This document shows positions 1-9,446 of a stretch of DNA of 64,000 nucleotides, piece by piece. The translations under genes and the position numbers were made by a program. The DNA is from Candidatus Ozemobacteraceae bacterium (lineage in GTDB: Bacteria; Muiribacteriota; Ozemobacteria; Ozemobacterales; Ozemobacteraceae). Numbering within the stretch: position 1 is the stretch's first letter; each line of letters opens with the position of its first letter. The stretch covers positions 2,592,001-2,656,000 of the forward strand of contig OZ223236.1 in the NCBI GenBank assembly GCA_965140445.1. Direction: 5' to 3'. The notes under the pieces are model-generated. The model was not told the origin of the DNA. It ran no database searches and worked only from the letters and a program-made list of their open reading frames with translations.

Positions 1-970
1 CAATAGCGTTAAGGACCTCGCCTCTTTGGGCAGTAAAAGAGGCGTTTTCTTCAGCAAGCTGTTTAAGTTCTGGAAGAGAATGGGCAAGGTTTTCTACCTT
101 TTGCTGGGCTTTTTGTGCTGCTTTTTCTGCTTCCAGTTTTTTTTGCTCACTTAAGAAGTTTTGCAGAGTCGTGAGATATTCTTCCATATCATTGGAAATT
201 CTCAAAAAATACTCTCTTTGCTCTTTAAGCAATGTGAGTCTGACTTCAAATGTTGAAATTTCATAATCATAGGCAGAGGATTCAATTTTTAGCAATTCAT
301 GTTGAATTGATCTTAAGGCGTTTCTGGCTTGCGAAATTTCTACGTTTTCCTCTGGTTGCTGAGCTTGAATTTCCTGAGAAATGGTTTCCATTTTTTTCTT
401 AACTTCGGAAACAAGTGATGGAATTTCTTGCCTTCGGGTTGTAATGGAATCAATTTGAATGTCCAATTCAACTGCTTTACTTTTTGTTGATTTTAACGAA
501 GTTTCTTCTGTAAGAAATAGGTTTTCAAGTTCTGAAATTGTATATTTGGAATAGTCTACGCCTGTATAAAGGCGATCATTGGTTTCAAGCTTTTTATGAA
601 GTTCTTCGGCTGATTGAACTGATGTTTCAGAAAGTCTTTTCAGGTTGTTAAGTTTTTGTTCCCATTCTTTGTATAAGCCAAGGTTTGTTTTTACTTTTCC
701 CCATGTTTCTTCCAGCCTTTTTCTTTGCGGTTCACTCAATTGCGTGTTTTCTGATATCTCGGCAAGCTTTTGGGTAACAAGCTCTTCTGTTACTTGAAAT
801 GCTGGTTGGGTAATTTCCACAGACAAAGAAGAAGAGGCGATTAAGGTGGTTTCGCTGGTATTTTGCGCAAAAGCTGGAACTGTTGCAAAAAATAATAGAA
901 TAAGAAGAAGTTTAGGAAGTTGGCCTTTAATCAATTTATTTAAAGAGAATTTTGAAAGACTATTTTTCAC
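1..970 (-). CDS. N-terminal part of a large exported coiled-coil protein, probably an MscK/KefA-type mechanosensitive channel (runs off the window)
   Basis: Not in the ORF track. Hand translation from GTG at 970 gives a signal peptide (LLLILLFFATVPAFA/Q), and the same frame reads ...LAEENASFTAQRGEVLNAI at the window edge. The long helical region resembles MscK periplasmic domains; the channel domain is not visible. Confidence 0.5.
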   Translation of the reverse strand, partial: MKNSLSKFSLNKLIKGQLPKLLLILLFFATVPAFAQNTSETTLIASSSLSVEITQPAFQVTEELVTQKLAEISENTQLSEPQRKRLEETWGKVKTNLGLYKEWEQKLNNLKRLSETSVQSAEELHKKLETNDRLYTGVDYSKYTISELENLFLTEETSLKSTKSKAVELDIQIDSITTRRQEIPSLVSEVKKKMETISQEIQAQQPEENVEISQARNALRSIQHELLKIESSAYDYEISTFEVRLTLLKEQREYFLRISNDMEEYLTTLQNFLSEQKKLEAEKAAQKAQQKVENLAHSLPELKQLAEENASFTAQRGEVLNAI

Positions 971-1108
971 TTAGAGCACCAGCTTTTTATTTATGTTATT
1001 GGGTTTGACCACTCAAAATTATTTATTTTTCAGATGACATTTTACCACAATTTGGAAAACTGTTTTTTGAGGGAACTTTTTCAAGAACCATGGGAAGCTG
1101 AAAAAAAC

Positions 1109-1147
1109 AAAAGGGTCCGCACTAAATTTATTAATGCGAACCCTTTT
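1109..1147 (-). terminator. Intrinsic terminator of the VIT-vWA gene
   Basis: AAAAGGGT-CGCA...TGCG-ACCCTTTT hairpin with a T-tract on the minus strand, just after the stop at 1162. Confidence 0.7.
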
Positions 1148-1161
1148 AGTGTGTTGAGTTT

Positions 1162-3414
1162 TTAATTTGAAACTATTTTTAGAACTCTTCCGTTATGAAG
1201 CACTTTTACGTTTTTGCCCAATGAAAGGTATTTTCCGATTTCTGGTGACTTTTGGATTAATTCAAAATATTCTTCAGAAAAAGCTTCTATCTCTGTTTCT
1301 TTGTCTTCGTTCTGAATAGCAGAATCAACCCAGCAATTGTTTATCAGGTAAAATGTTTTCCCTTCAACTTCCATTTTATCAATCTGTTTAAGAACTGAAG
1401 GAGTGCTTCTTTTATAAACTGGTGCAGAATTAGGAAATCCAGCAGATTTCATACTATTCATCTCTCTTGATGCACCTACCGCATCAACACCCTCGAAGTC
1501 TGAACTTAACTTTTTAAGTGAATAGCGACTTTTTGTTTCTTCCAATCTTACTTGTGATGGTGAATCCTGAAGCATTGAATCTCTTAGGTTGGGGCCAAGA
1601 TTCTTGTTATCTTCAAGGACTAGAAAAGAAGTGTATGGGGTGAGGATTCCATATTTTTTTGCGAGCTTAACTATTTCATCTTTCAGTTCAGAATCTTCAC
1701 CATTTTTTCTGATCTGCTCAAGCAGGAAGCCAATTTTTCTGGTAGCCCAAATCCTTGAAACAAAGGCGTTTTCTGATGAGCTTCTTGGAAATGACATTTC
1801 ATAATCCAGTTTTACAGATTCATCCTTGAGTAAGCCTTTAAGAGTAATTCTTGCTTCTCCTGGAGATTTGTATCTTCCCAAGATCATAAGGTTACTATCT
1901 TTAAAGATGTCATTTATTTTTCTAGGATAAACTTGAGAAACTTCAATATTATTGAATTCAACTTCCACTTTGGTCATGACGGGGTGGGTGAGTTTTGAAA
2001 AAAGGCTGGAAACCTTGATTTCCATGTCTTCATCTTCAGCTACATAATCAGAAGTTCCACCATTCTGAACCGCAAGTTCATCTATAAGCTGGGCATTAAG
2101 ATTGTCTCCAACTCCAAAAGTAAAAAGTCGTGTATGGTCGGTGTTTTTTTTGCTTACAATTTTAAGGATTTCTCCAACCTCTGTTTCACCAGCAGTTGGC
2201 TTGCCATCTGTTACAAAGACAATAAAGGAAGGGTTGCCACTGTTGCTATTCTGGGCTGCTTTTAAGGACTGTTCAAGGGCTTCTGAAATATTGGTTCCGC
2301 CCATTGCGTCAAGATTGTTTATGTAGTTTATAGCACCGTCTCTAGTATCCTGATTAATTGGGATCATTTTATCTTTATAGGATTCAGCTTCTGTTGAAAA
2401 ATTGGCCAGATAAAAATTGCTGCCTTCTTTTAGAGAATTTATGCAAAACTTTAATGCGTTTTTTGCCTGATCAATTTTTTTCCCTGCCATGCTTCCAGAT
2501 GTGTCCATAACAAGGCAAACGTCTATTTTGGGATTTTTTTCTTCCTGGGACTTAACTCTGGGTGCAATCATAAGCATAAATGAGCCATCTTCTGTTGGAT
2601 CGGGGCGATGGGTAAGTAAACTAACTGACATATCTTTTTTGGAGACCCCGTAATACAGAATAAAGTCTTTATCAGGAACAAGACTATTGCTTTCAAATCC
2701 AACTGTTGCCTCATTATCGCCATTTCTGTGAACTGAAATCTTGTGAGTTGGAGAATAGACACTGGTAATTGGAGTTTTTGATTTGATCTTAACTTCAATC
2801 GAAACGTCTTTCATGGGCTCTTTGGCGTATCTATCAATTCTTAATGGGTATACGTATCTTACCAGGTTACCCTGAAGCTTGAGGGATTCTTGATAAGCAA
2901 GTTTAACTCTTTTTTCGCTGCGGGCATTAATGGGATAAATTCTGGTTTTAAAAAGCCCTGATCCCATATATTCAAGTAGGCCGGGGTCCTTCATTTGCCT
3001 GACTATATCTTCATATATTTTTTTGGCTTTTCCCGCATCAAGAAGCTCCCCTTTGGTCATTTTGCCGTCTACGTCCATGGCAAATCCACTTATCGAAGCA
3101 CTAATGGGAAGAGGAAAAATGTAAAGTCCTTCTATCGTTCTGTTTTCGTGATTGTAAAATTTTTGATCCACATTTGTAGCAGCTGCAAAGTCTGAAATTT
3201 CAACGTTAACTTTGTGACTGGTAACAGAAAGGGGTACAGTAAAGCTTTCGGTCGGTCGTGGAGGTGGAATAAAAATTATATCATATACTGGTCTGGGTCT
3301 GATTTTGTAATCAGGATCAGGCTCTATTGGAAGAATCATTCCATCAGCAAAAACTGATGTTGATGCAAGGATTAGTAATAGAGAAAAAATAGCGATTCGA
3401 AAATAAGATTTCAT
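1162..3414 (-). CDS. Secreted VIT (vault inter-alpha-trypsin) and vWA domain protein
   Basis: Signal peptide; VIT motif (EGLYIFPLP..ASISGF); vWA MIDAS DTSGSM, GGTN and TDG; C-terminal TPYTSFLV. The start is moved to ATG 3414 after a GGGGGA SD. Confidence 0.9.
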   Translation of the reverse strand: MKSYFRIAIFSLLLILASTSVFADGMILPIEPDPDYKIRPRPVYDIIFIPPPRPTESFTVPLSVTSHKVNVEISDFAAATNVDQKFYNHENRTIEGLYIFPLPISASISGFAMDVDGKMTKGELLDAGKAKKIYEDIVRQMKDPGLLEYMGSGLFKTRIYPINARSEKRVKLAYQESLKLQGNLVRYVYPLRIDRYAKEPMKDVSIEVKIKSKTPITSVYSPTHKISVHRNGDNEATVGFESNSLVPDKDFILYYGVSKKDMSVSLLTHRPDPTEDGSFMLMIAPRVKSQEEKNPKIDVCLVMDTSGSMAGKKIDQAKNALKFCINSLKEGSNFYLANFSTEAESYKDKMIPINQDTRDGAINYINNLDAMGGTNISEALEQSLKAAQNSNSGNPSFIVFVTDGKPTAGETEVGEILKIVSKKNTDHTRLFTFGVGDNLNAQLIDELAVQNGGTSDYVAEDEDMEIKVSSLFSKLTHPVMTKVEVEFNNIEVSQVYPRKINDIFKDSNLMILGRYKSPGEARITLKGLLKDESVKLDYEMSFPRSSSENAFVSRIWATRKIGFLLEQIRKNGEDSELKDEIVKLAKKYGILTPYTSFLVLEDNKNLGPNLRDSMLQDSPSQVRLEETKSRYSLKKLSSDFEGVDAVGASREMNSMKSAGFPNSAPVYKRSTPSVLKQIDKMEVEGKTFYLINNCWVDSAIQNEDKETEIEAFSEEYFELIQKSPEIGKYLSLGKNVKVLHNGRVLKIVSN

Positions 3415-3475
3415 GTTTATTCCCCCCAATTTTTCGTTTTCATTTAATTTAACGCAAGATATACAAACTGGATTT

Positions 3476-3509
3476 AAAAAAAGCGGGAAGCATTTGCTCC
3501 CCGCTTTTT
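3476..3509. terminator. Terminator ending the pheST transcript
   Basis: AAAAAAAGCGGG-AGCA TT TGCT-CCCGCTTTTT inverted repeat. Confidence 0.75.
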
Positions 3510-3512
3510 GTT

Positions 3513-3839
3513 TTAGAAAGTCATTCTCAGAATTGGTAACAAAAATGCCTGGAATTTACTGGTTAAGTATTTCAATATTCCATCAAGGTAAAGAATTTCT
3601 AAGAGTTTGTCGGCATTTGCTGGAACAATTAATTTCCCCAACAGTATAGATCCGGAAATAAATAAAACCAGCCCCAGGAAGTAAATCTGTGCCCATTGGA
3701 AATCCGAAATTCTTTTGTTAAGTCTTTTGGCATTACTCCAAGTAAAGGACATATAGGACATACAAATTAGGGCCAAAGTAACAATTGTTAATATTTCACC
3801 CCATTCTGGATCAGCTACAAGCCGATAAATCTCATACAC
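3513..3839 (-). CDS. Small membrane protein, function unknown
   Basis: 108 aa with 2-3 hydrophobic segments; lies 4 nt after the pheT stop and ends at a terminator. Confidence 0.65.
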   Translation of the reverse strand: MYEIYRLVADPEWGEILTIVTLALICMSYMSFTWSNAKRLNKRISDFQWAQIYFLGLVLFISGSILLGKLIVPANADKLLEILYLDGILKYLTSKFQAFLLPILRMTF

Positions 3840-3843
3840 GTTT

Positions 3844-6222
3844 TCACCTCAATTTTACAGCAAGATCTTTTTCCAATCTGGAAATTATTTTATCCATTAC
3901 AGGCTGTATTAATTCGTCTGTAAGCGTGGCTTTAGGATCTCTAAATGTTAGAGAGTAGGCCATGGATCTAAAACCATCTTCGATTCCTTTACCTTGATAA
4001 ATGTCAAACAGGTGACAATCTTCAAGGAGATTTTTTCCCTCAGCTGTAATGATTTTTACAATGTCTCTATGAAGAACAGATTCAGGAGAAAGAAGCGCCA
4101 AATCTCTTTTTACAGGAGGTAAATCAGGAATCGCCGCCATTCTTGGAGTTGTTTGTTTGAAATCCGCAAGTAATCCTAAATCTAATTCTACTATGAATAT
4201 CGTTTTTGGGATTTTTTTATTGTTAATGAAATTGGGGTGGATCTGCCCAAAAGTTCCAACAGTGGTTTTTCCACATACTACATCTAATTGCATTGTAGGA
4301 TGGAAAAGGCTATTGCTGCTTGGAGTATATTTCAATTTTTGCTTAAACAAGCGTCCAATTCCCTGAACTATGCCTTTCAGCATGAAAAGGTCAAAAGTTT
4401 TATTACTGTTTGTCCAATCTAAACTATTTACCGATCCCGCAAAACCTATAGAAAGTCTTGTGTGTTCTTCACTTAGGTTGGCTGCGGTCGGGTGAAACAC
4501 TTTTCCAATTTCAAAGAATTTGAGATTGTATTCGTCATTAAGAATATTTCTTTTCAGTGCATCCAACATTCCCCATTTCAGACTGGTTCTCATAACTGCA
4601 TTTTCTTCTGAAAGAGGATTTTGAAGGACCAGTGGGGTCTTTTCATGCATCGAACTGTCTATATTGGCAGGAATAAAGCTATAGGTCATAATTTCACTGA
4701 AACCTATTGATGCCAGATGGTCTTTAAGCTTTTTCTCCATTTTCTGTAAAGGAGTTGGGAGTTGAAGAACCGATGTGATTGCCGGAAGGGTTTCTGGAAT
4801 ATTATTGTATCCGTACATTCTTGCAACTTCTTCGATTATATCAACTTCAAGCTCAAGATCGTGTCTATATGGTGGAACGCTAACTATCAGGTCTTCTCCA
4901 TCACGTTTTACTTCCAGTTTCAATCTGAGAAGGAAGGTCTCAATCTGAGATGGGGTAAGGCTGATCCCGATAACTTTATTAACGCGGCGAGTTCGCACTC
5001 TGATCTGCTTTAGAGGTTCTCTTTTTGGATAGGCATCGCAAATTCCTTGAACCGGATCGCCTCCAGCAATTTCAGAAAGAAGTTTAACTGCTTCATTAAG
5101 AGCTATTGGGACGTTATCAACGTTTGTCCCTCTTTCAAATCTATATGATGATTCTGACATCATGCCTAGGCGTTTTGCTGTTTTTCTTACGCTTGTAGGA
5201 GAAAAGTAGGCTGCTTCAAGCAAAATGTCCTGAGTTTCTTCTGTTACAGAAGAATCGAGTCCGCCCATTACACCTGCCAGTGCCACAGGTTTTTCTGCAT
5301 CAGCGATTACAAGCATGGTTGCATCAAGATTATGTTTAGCATCATCAAGAGTAACAAGGGTTTCGTCTTTTTGAGCGTTTCTTACCACAATCCGTTTTCC
5401 GGCAAGTTTTTCCAGGTCGAAAGCATGCATTGGATGACCAATGTCGAGCATAATGTAATTTGTTACGTCCACAACATTATTTATCGCTCTAACTCCAGCG
5501 CTTTCAAGTCTAGCAACCATCCAGTCTGGACTTGGCCCAACTTTAACACCCTTAACAATTCTTGCTCCGTATCTTGGGCAAAGCTCTTCATTAAGGATTT
5601 CAACAGAAGTTTCCTCGTTAATGTTTCCAGCTCCCGAAGAATCGTTCAATGGGTCTCTATGCATTGGAAGGTTGAATATGGCAGATAGCTCTCTGGCAAT
5701 GCCAAGATGGGAAAGGGCGTCTCCGCGATTGGGAGTTATGCTGACATCAAAAATGATATCGTCCATTCCCAGCTCTTTGACTATGTTTTCACCTATTTGA
5801 GCAGATTCATCAAGAATGAATAATCCGCCGTGCTCATCAGAAATACCAAGCTCTTTCTTGCTGCACATCATGCCGAATGATTCCACACCACGAATTTTTG
5901 CTGGGCTAATTTCAAATCCAGAAGGAAGTTTTGCTCCAACAACTGCAACAGGAACCTTATCTCCAGCCTTCATGTTAGATGCGCCACAAACTATCTGGAG
6001 AGCACTACCGGTTCCGACATCAACTTTGCACAAAGACAATTTATCTGCATCAGGATGGGAATCCTTTGAAAGGATTTTACCAACGAAAACTTTATTTAAC
6101 TCTTTGCCGGGTTGAATAATTTCTTCAACTTCTAGGCCTGCCATCATAAGAGCATCGGCAATTTTTTCAGGTGTTTCTTCTATATCAATGTAGTCTTTTA
6201 ACCAACTTAATAATACTTTCAC
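3844..6222 (-). CDS. pheT: Phenylalanyl-tRNA synthetase beta subunit
   Basis: HPDADKL, IVCGA, TPNRGD, S.RFERG and EEVAR.YGY motifs; C-terminal FDX-ACB domain. Confidence 0.98.
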   Translation of the reverse strand: MKVLLSWLKDYIDIEETPEKIADALMMAGLEVEEIIQPGKELNKVFVGKILSKDSHPDADKLSLCKVDVGTGSALQIVCGASNMKAGDKVPVAVVGAKLPSGFEISPAKIRGVESFGMMCSKKELGISDEHGGLFILDESAQIGENIVKELGMDDIIFDVSITPNRGDALSHLGIARELSAIFNLPMHRDPLNDSSGAGNINEETSVEILNEELCPRYGARIVKGVKVGPSPDWMVARLESAGVRAINNVVDVTNYIMLDIGHPMHAFDLEKLAGKRIVVRNAQKDETLVTLDDAKHNLDATMLVIADAEKPVALAGVMGGLDSSVTEETQDILLEAAYFSPTSVRKTAKRLGMMSESSYRFERGTNVDNVPIALNEAVKLLSEIAGGDPVQGICDAYPKREPLKQIRVRTRRVNKVIGISLTPSQIETFLLRLKLEVKRDGEDLIVSVPPYRHDLELEVDIIEEVARMYGYNNIPETLPAITSVLQLPTPLQKMEKKLKDHLASIGFSEIMTYSFIPANIDSSMHEKTPLVLQNPLSEENAVMRTSLKWGMLDALKRNILNDEYNLKFFEIGKVFHPTAANLSEEHTRLSIGFAGSVNSLDWTNSNKTFDLFMLKGIVQGIGRLFKQKLKYTPSSNSLFHPTMQLDVVCGKTTVGTFGQIHPNFINNKKIPKTIFIVELDLGLLADFKQTTPRMAAIPDLPPVKRDLALLSPESVLHRDIVKIITAEGKNLLEDCHLFDIYQGKGIEDGFRSMAYSLTFRDPKATLTDELIQPVMDKIISRLEKDLAVKLR

Positions 6223-6233
6223 TGTTTATCTCC

Positions 6234-7247
6234 TCAGAATTGCCTTAAGAATCTAACGTCAGATGAGAAAAGAAGTCTGATATCGTTAATTCCGTATCGT
6301 AGCATTGCAATGCGTTCAATGCCCATTCCAAACGCAAATCCAGTATATTTTTCAGTGTCATATTTTACTGTTTCAAATACTTTGGGATTAACCATGCCGC
6401 AACCTAAAATTTCCATCCAGCCTGTTTTTTTACAAACTTTGCAACCTTTACCATTACAAAAGATGCACTGAATGTCCATTTCTGCTGATGGTTCTGTAAA
6501 TGGGAAGTAGCTAGGTCTAAACCTATAGGGTCTTTTTCCAAACATGCTTTCAGCAAACATGATCAGAGTTCCTTTGAGATCGCTCATGCTGATATTTTCT
6601 CCAACAACAAGTCCTTCCATCTGGTGAAACATTGGTGAATGGGTAATATCGCTATCTTTTCGGAAAACTTTTCCCAGGCCAATCATTTTGAGTGGTGGCT
6701 GGAGCTTTTCCATAGTTCTAATCTGAACAGGTGAGGTCTGAGTTCTCAAAACCTGACCGGATTCAAGATAAAAAGTGTCTTGCATATCTCTTGCAGGATG
6801 GTGTGCAGGAACATTCAAGGCTTCAAAGTTGTAATACTCTTCTTCTACTTCCGGACCTTCTGCCATAAAGAATCCCATTGAGAGGAAAATATCACTGATT
6901 TCCTGAGCAACAGTGGTTATTGGATGAAAAGTGCCAGGTTCTGCAAAGGTTCCAGGTAAGGAATGATCAGGCTTTTCAGCTTGAAGCTTTTCTTCCTGCT
7001 CTTTTAATGCTATTTCTCTCATGGAAGCTTCAATTGATTGCTGAATTTCCATTTTTAGCTTATTAATTTCTGCTCCCACGGCTTTCTTTTCTTCGATAGG
7101 AAGCTTTCCCAGCCCTTTTAGCAGTTGGGTTATTTCGCCTTTTTTACCTAGATACTTTACTCTAAGTGCTTCCAGATCCTTAGTGGTTCTGGCGGCATTT
7201 TTTTCTGCATTATACTGGTTCAGGATTTTTTCATGTGATTCTGTCAT
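6234..7247 (-). CDS. pheS: Phenylalanyl-tRNA synthetase alpha subunit
   Basis: HPARDMQDTF, LRTQTSPVQ, FRPSYFPFTEPS and GFAFGMGIER motifs. Confidence 0.98.
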   Translation of the reverse strand: MTESHEKILNQYNAEKNAARTTKDLEALRVKYLGKKGEITQLLKGLGKLPIEEKKAVGAEINKLKMEIQQSIEASMREIALKEQEEKLQAEKPDHSLPGTFAEPGTFHPITTVAQEISDIFLSMGFFMAEGPEVEEEYYNFEALNVPAHHPARDMQDTFYLESGQVLRTQTSPVQIRTMEKLQPPLKMIGLGKVFRKDSDITHSPMFHQMEGLVVGENISMSDLKGTLIMFAESMFGKRPYRFRPSYFPFTEPSAEMDIQCIFCNGKGCKVCKKTGWMEILGCGMVNPKVFETVKYDTEKYTGFAFGMGIERIAMLRYGINDIRLLFSSDVRFLRQF

Positions 7248-7288
7248 TGGAACTCCTTCCAGAACTATTTATCCGCTCTCTTCTGGCT

Positions 7289-8071
7289 TTACGCCTGATT
7301 AGATATATACTTTTGCCATTCATACATGCAAATTGCTGCTGAGGTGGCAACGTTCAATGATTCTACTTTCCCTTGCATTGGAATGGCAAGAGAATCTGTA
7401 CATTCTTTTTTTATTTCCGGAGCAATACCTCGGCCCTCTTGTCCCATTACAAGCGCTGTTTTTGCAGGAAATTCATAGCCAAATAAACTTTTTCCTTCCA
7501 TATCAGCTGACAGGATTGTAAAAGTTTTATCCTTTAAGGTGCTAAAACTTTCCATTAGAGCTAAATCAGAAAAAACAGGAACCCGGAAAATGGATCCCAT
7601 AGAAGCTCTAATAGCTTTGCTGTTAAGGTAAGAGCAGGTGCCACTTAAAAGTAAAACGGCATCTATCCCCATTGCTTCTGCGGTTCGAATAATTGTGCCA
7701 AGGTTGCCTGGGTCTTGCACCTGATCCAGGACAAGAACACATCTTGATTTTTCCAATGTGTTTTCTAAACTCATTGCAGGCGCTAACTCAATTACTCCAA
7801 GGGGGACGCCAGGGGTTGTCATTTTTGAAACCTCTTTTAACAATTGGAGAGGTAATTTGTAAGCAATTGAGCAATAATCTAGCTCCAGACTTTCTGGGTC
7901 CGTAGAAAAAACGGCCTTTATGCTAATCTTGGAGCGAGCAGCTTCGTCTAATAGCTTTTGTCCTTCGATAATTGCATAGTGAACTTCTTCGGGAGTTTTC
8001 TTCCCTGTGGAGATGCGCTTGACCCATTTATATATGGGATTATTTTTTGATTCGATTTCTTTAATTTTCAT
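7289..8071 (-). CDS. TrmH/SpoU family RNA 2'-O-methyltransferase
   Basis: VQDPGNLGTIIRTA, G.EG.G and IPM.G.VESLNVA motifs. Confidence 0.93.
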   Translation of the reverse strand: MKIKEIESKNNPIYKWVKRISTGKKTPEEVHYAIIEGQKLLDEAARSKISIKAVFSTDPESLELDYCSIAYKLPLQLLKEVSKMTTPGVPLGVIELAPAMSLENTLEKSRCVLVLDQVQDPGNLGTIIRTAEAMGIDAVLLLSGTCSYLNSKAIRASMGSIFRVPVFSDLALMESFSTLKDKTFTILSADMEGKSLFGYEFPAKTALVMGQEGRGIAPEIKKECTDSLAIPMQGKVESLNVATSAAICMYEWQKYISNQA

Positions 8072-8083
8072 TGTTCAGAAAAT

Positions 8084-8114
8084 AAAAACGCCCGGGGAAG
8101 GTTAACCCCGGGCG
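8084..8114 (-). terminator. Terminator after rplT
   Basis: CGCCCGGGG...CCCCGGGCG stem plus T-tract on the minus strand. Confidence 0.8.
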
Positions 8115-8127
8115 ATTCTTAAGTTGC

Positions 8128-8484
8128 TTAAGCAAGTTGCTTTTTAGCTACTTCAACTATGTTAGCAAATGCTGCTGGTTCGTTAACCGCTAGTTCTGCA
8201 AGTGCTTTTCTGTTGAGCTCAACACCGGCTAATTTGAGGCCATTGATGAAAACACTGTAAGTGATTTCATTGATGCGACAGGCTGCGTTGATTCTAGTGA
8301 TCCAGAGTCTTCTAAAGTTTCTGGCTCTAGTGCGTCTATCATGAAATGAATGATCAAGTGCATGAATAACAGTTTCTTTAGCAACCTTCTTTACATTCTT
8401 GTGTGAACCCCAAAAACCTTTAGCTCTGCGAAAAAGTTTTTGTTCTTTTCTTCTTGAATTACTACCACTTTTTGATCTTGACAT
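8128..8484 (-). CDS. rplT: 50S ribosomal protein L20
   Basis: AKGFWG, FRRLWITRINAA and LNRK.LAELA motifs; follows rpmI. Confidence 0.97.
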   Translation of the reverse strand: MSRSKSGSNSRRKEQKLFRRAKGFWGSHKNVKKVAKETVIHALDHSFHDRRTRARNFRRLWITRINAACRINEITYSVFINGLKLAGVELNRKALAELAVNEPAAFANIVEVAKKQLA

Positions 8485-8530
8485 TTTTCAGTTCCTCCTG
8501 AATTTCTTGCCCAGTTACTCTCGACCCTGG

Positions 8531-8728
8531 TCAGGAGTAGGGGAGCATTACCTTGAGTGCTTTTTCATTGGTTTCATGACAGTTAAGAGACTGTCGGTAA
8601 GCTCTTTTTCTCTTACTGGATTTTTTTGTCAGGATGTGTTTGCCATAAGCTTTATAGCGGCGGAAAGCACCGGAACCAGTTCTTTTGATGCGCTTAGCAG
8701 CACCGCGGTGAGTTTTCATTTTAGGCAT
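8531..8728 (-). CDS. rpmI: 50S ribosomal protein L35
   Basis: [13 protein letters not shown]...HILTKKS.KRKR. Confidence 0.98.
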   Translation of the reverse strand: MPKMKTHRGAAKRIKRTGSGAFRRYKAYGKHILTKKSSKRKRAYRQSLNCHETNEKALKVMLPYS

Positions 8729-8755
8729 AACCTTATTCCTCCTGTGGGAAGTTAT

Positions 8756-9271
8756 TTACTTCTTTTTTGTTCGATAGAGAATCATAGTAATCGTGTTACC
8801 TTCTTTTGCGGCGTCTTTTTCGATTTCTGCATCTTCTCCGAGAATTACTTTCATACGGTCAACAACTTTAAATCCTACTTCGATGTGAGCTCTTTCACGT
8901 CCTCTAAAGAAGACTGAAACTTTCACTTTGTCTCCATCGTCCAGGAACTTTCTGATGCGATTACATTTTGTCTGTAGATCGCCTTCATCAGTTTTTGGTC
9001 GAACTTTGACTTCTTTCAGCTTAATAACTTTCTGTTTCTTCTTCGCTTCTTTAGCTTTTTTAGTAAGTTCATACTTGTATTGACCGAAATCCATTAATCT
9101 GCAGACTGGCGGCTGGGCGTTGGGCGCGACCTCTACGAGATCTAAACCTTTTTCCTCTGCCATCCGAAGGGCGTCGCTAGTAGCTGTAAGCCCTACCATT
9201 TCCCCTTCGTCATCGACCAGGCGAACCTGAGGAACCCTAATCTTTTGGTTAACACGAACGTTGCCTTTGAT
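8756..9271 (-). CDS. infC: Translation initiation factor IF-3, probable non-canonical AUC start
   Basis: N..IR...VRLV, LDLVEVAP.A.PPVC and GDKVKV...FRGRE motifs. The SD GGAGGT abuts an ATG directly but lies 6 nt before the in-frame ATC at 9271. Confidence 0.95.
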   Translation of the reverse strand: MKGNVRVNQKIRVPQVRLVDDEGEMVGLTATSDALRMAEEKGLDLVEVAPNAQPPVCRLMDFGQYKYELTKKAKEAKKKQKVIKLKEVKVRPKTDEGDLQTKCNRIRKFLDDGDKVKVSVFFRGRERAHIEVGFKVVDRMKVILGEDAEIEKDAAKEGNTITMILYRTKKK

Positions 9272-9284
9272 ACTCATACCTCCG

Positions 9285-9400
9285 AAAAATAGAAAATGGA
9301 GCAGCAAGAATGCCACTCCATGAATTATCTTCATGCCCCCATTACTTTGGGGAAACCTTTTTGCTTATTTGCTAAAGGTGAGGACAAAGTCCTGCTTGCG
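9285..9400 (-). ncRNA. L20-leader-like cis-regulatory RNA with an attenuator terminator
   Basis: Lies directly upstream of infC-rpmI-rplT. Begins AAGCAGGAC-TTT-GTCCTCACCT, resembling the Firmicutes L20 leader 5' AAGCAGAAG...CTTCTCACCT as I recall it. Has a distal AGGT and a terminator ATGGAGTGGCA-TTCT-TGCTGCTCCAT followed by TTTCTATTTTT. Confidence 0.65.
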
Positions 9401-9414
9401 CTATTGGTTCAGAT

Positions 9415-9443
9415 ATCTTATCAGTACATTAACAATTGGTCAA
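9415..9443 (-). promoter_or_regulatory. Sigma70-type promoter of the infC operon
   Basis: TTGACC-17nt-TAAGAT with an extended TG. Confidence 0.65.
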
Positions 9444-9446
9444 GAA

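Noticed and set aside
7248..7288. T-box or pheM attenuator before pheS
   Set aside because: The gap is only 41 nt.
8399..8917. 172-aa plus-strand ORF and the many other short antisense ORFs in the track (for example 41413..41874, 52344..52859, 54271..54669)
   Set aside because: They are shadows of well-supported genes on the opposite strand, with no motifs of their own.
9272..9334. N-terminal extension of IF-3 given by the ORF track
   Set aside because: It runs through the leader terminator and the SD; the real start lies downstream of GGAGGT.
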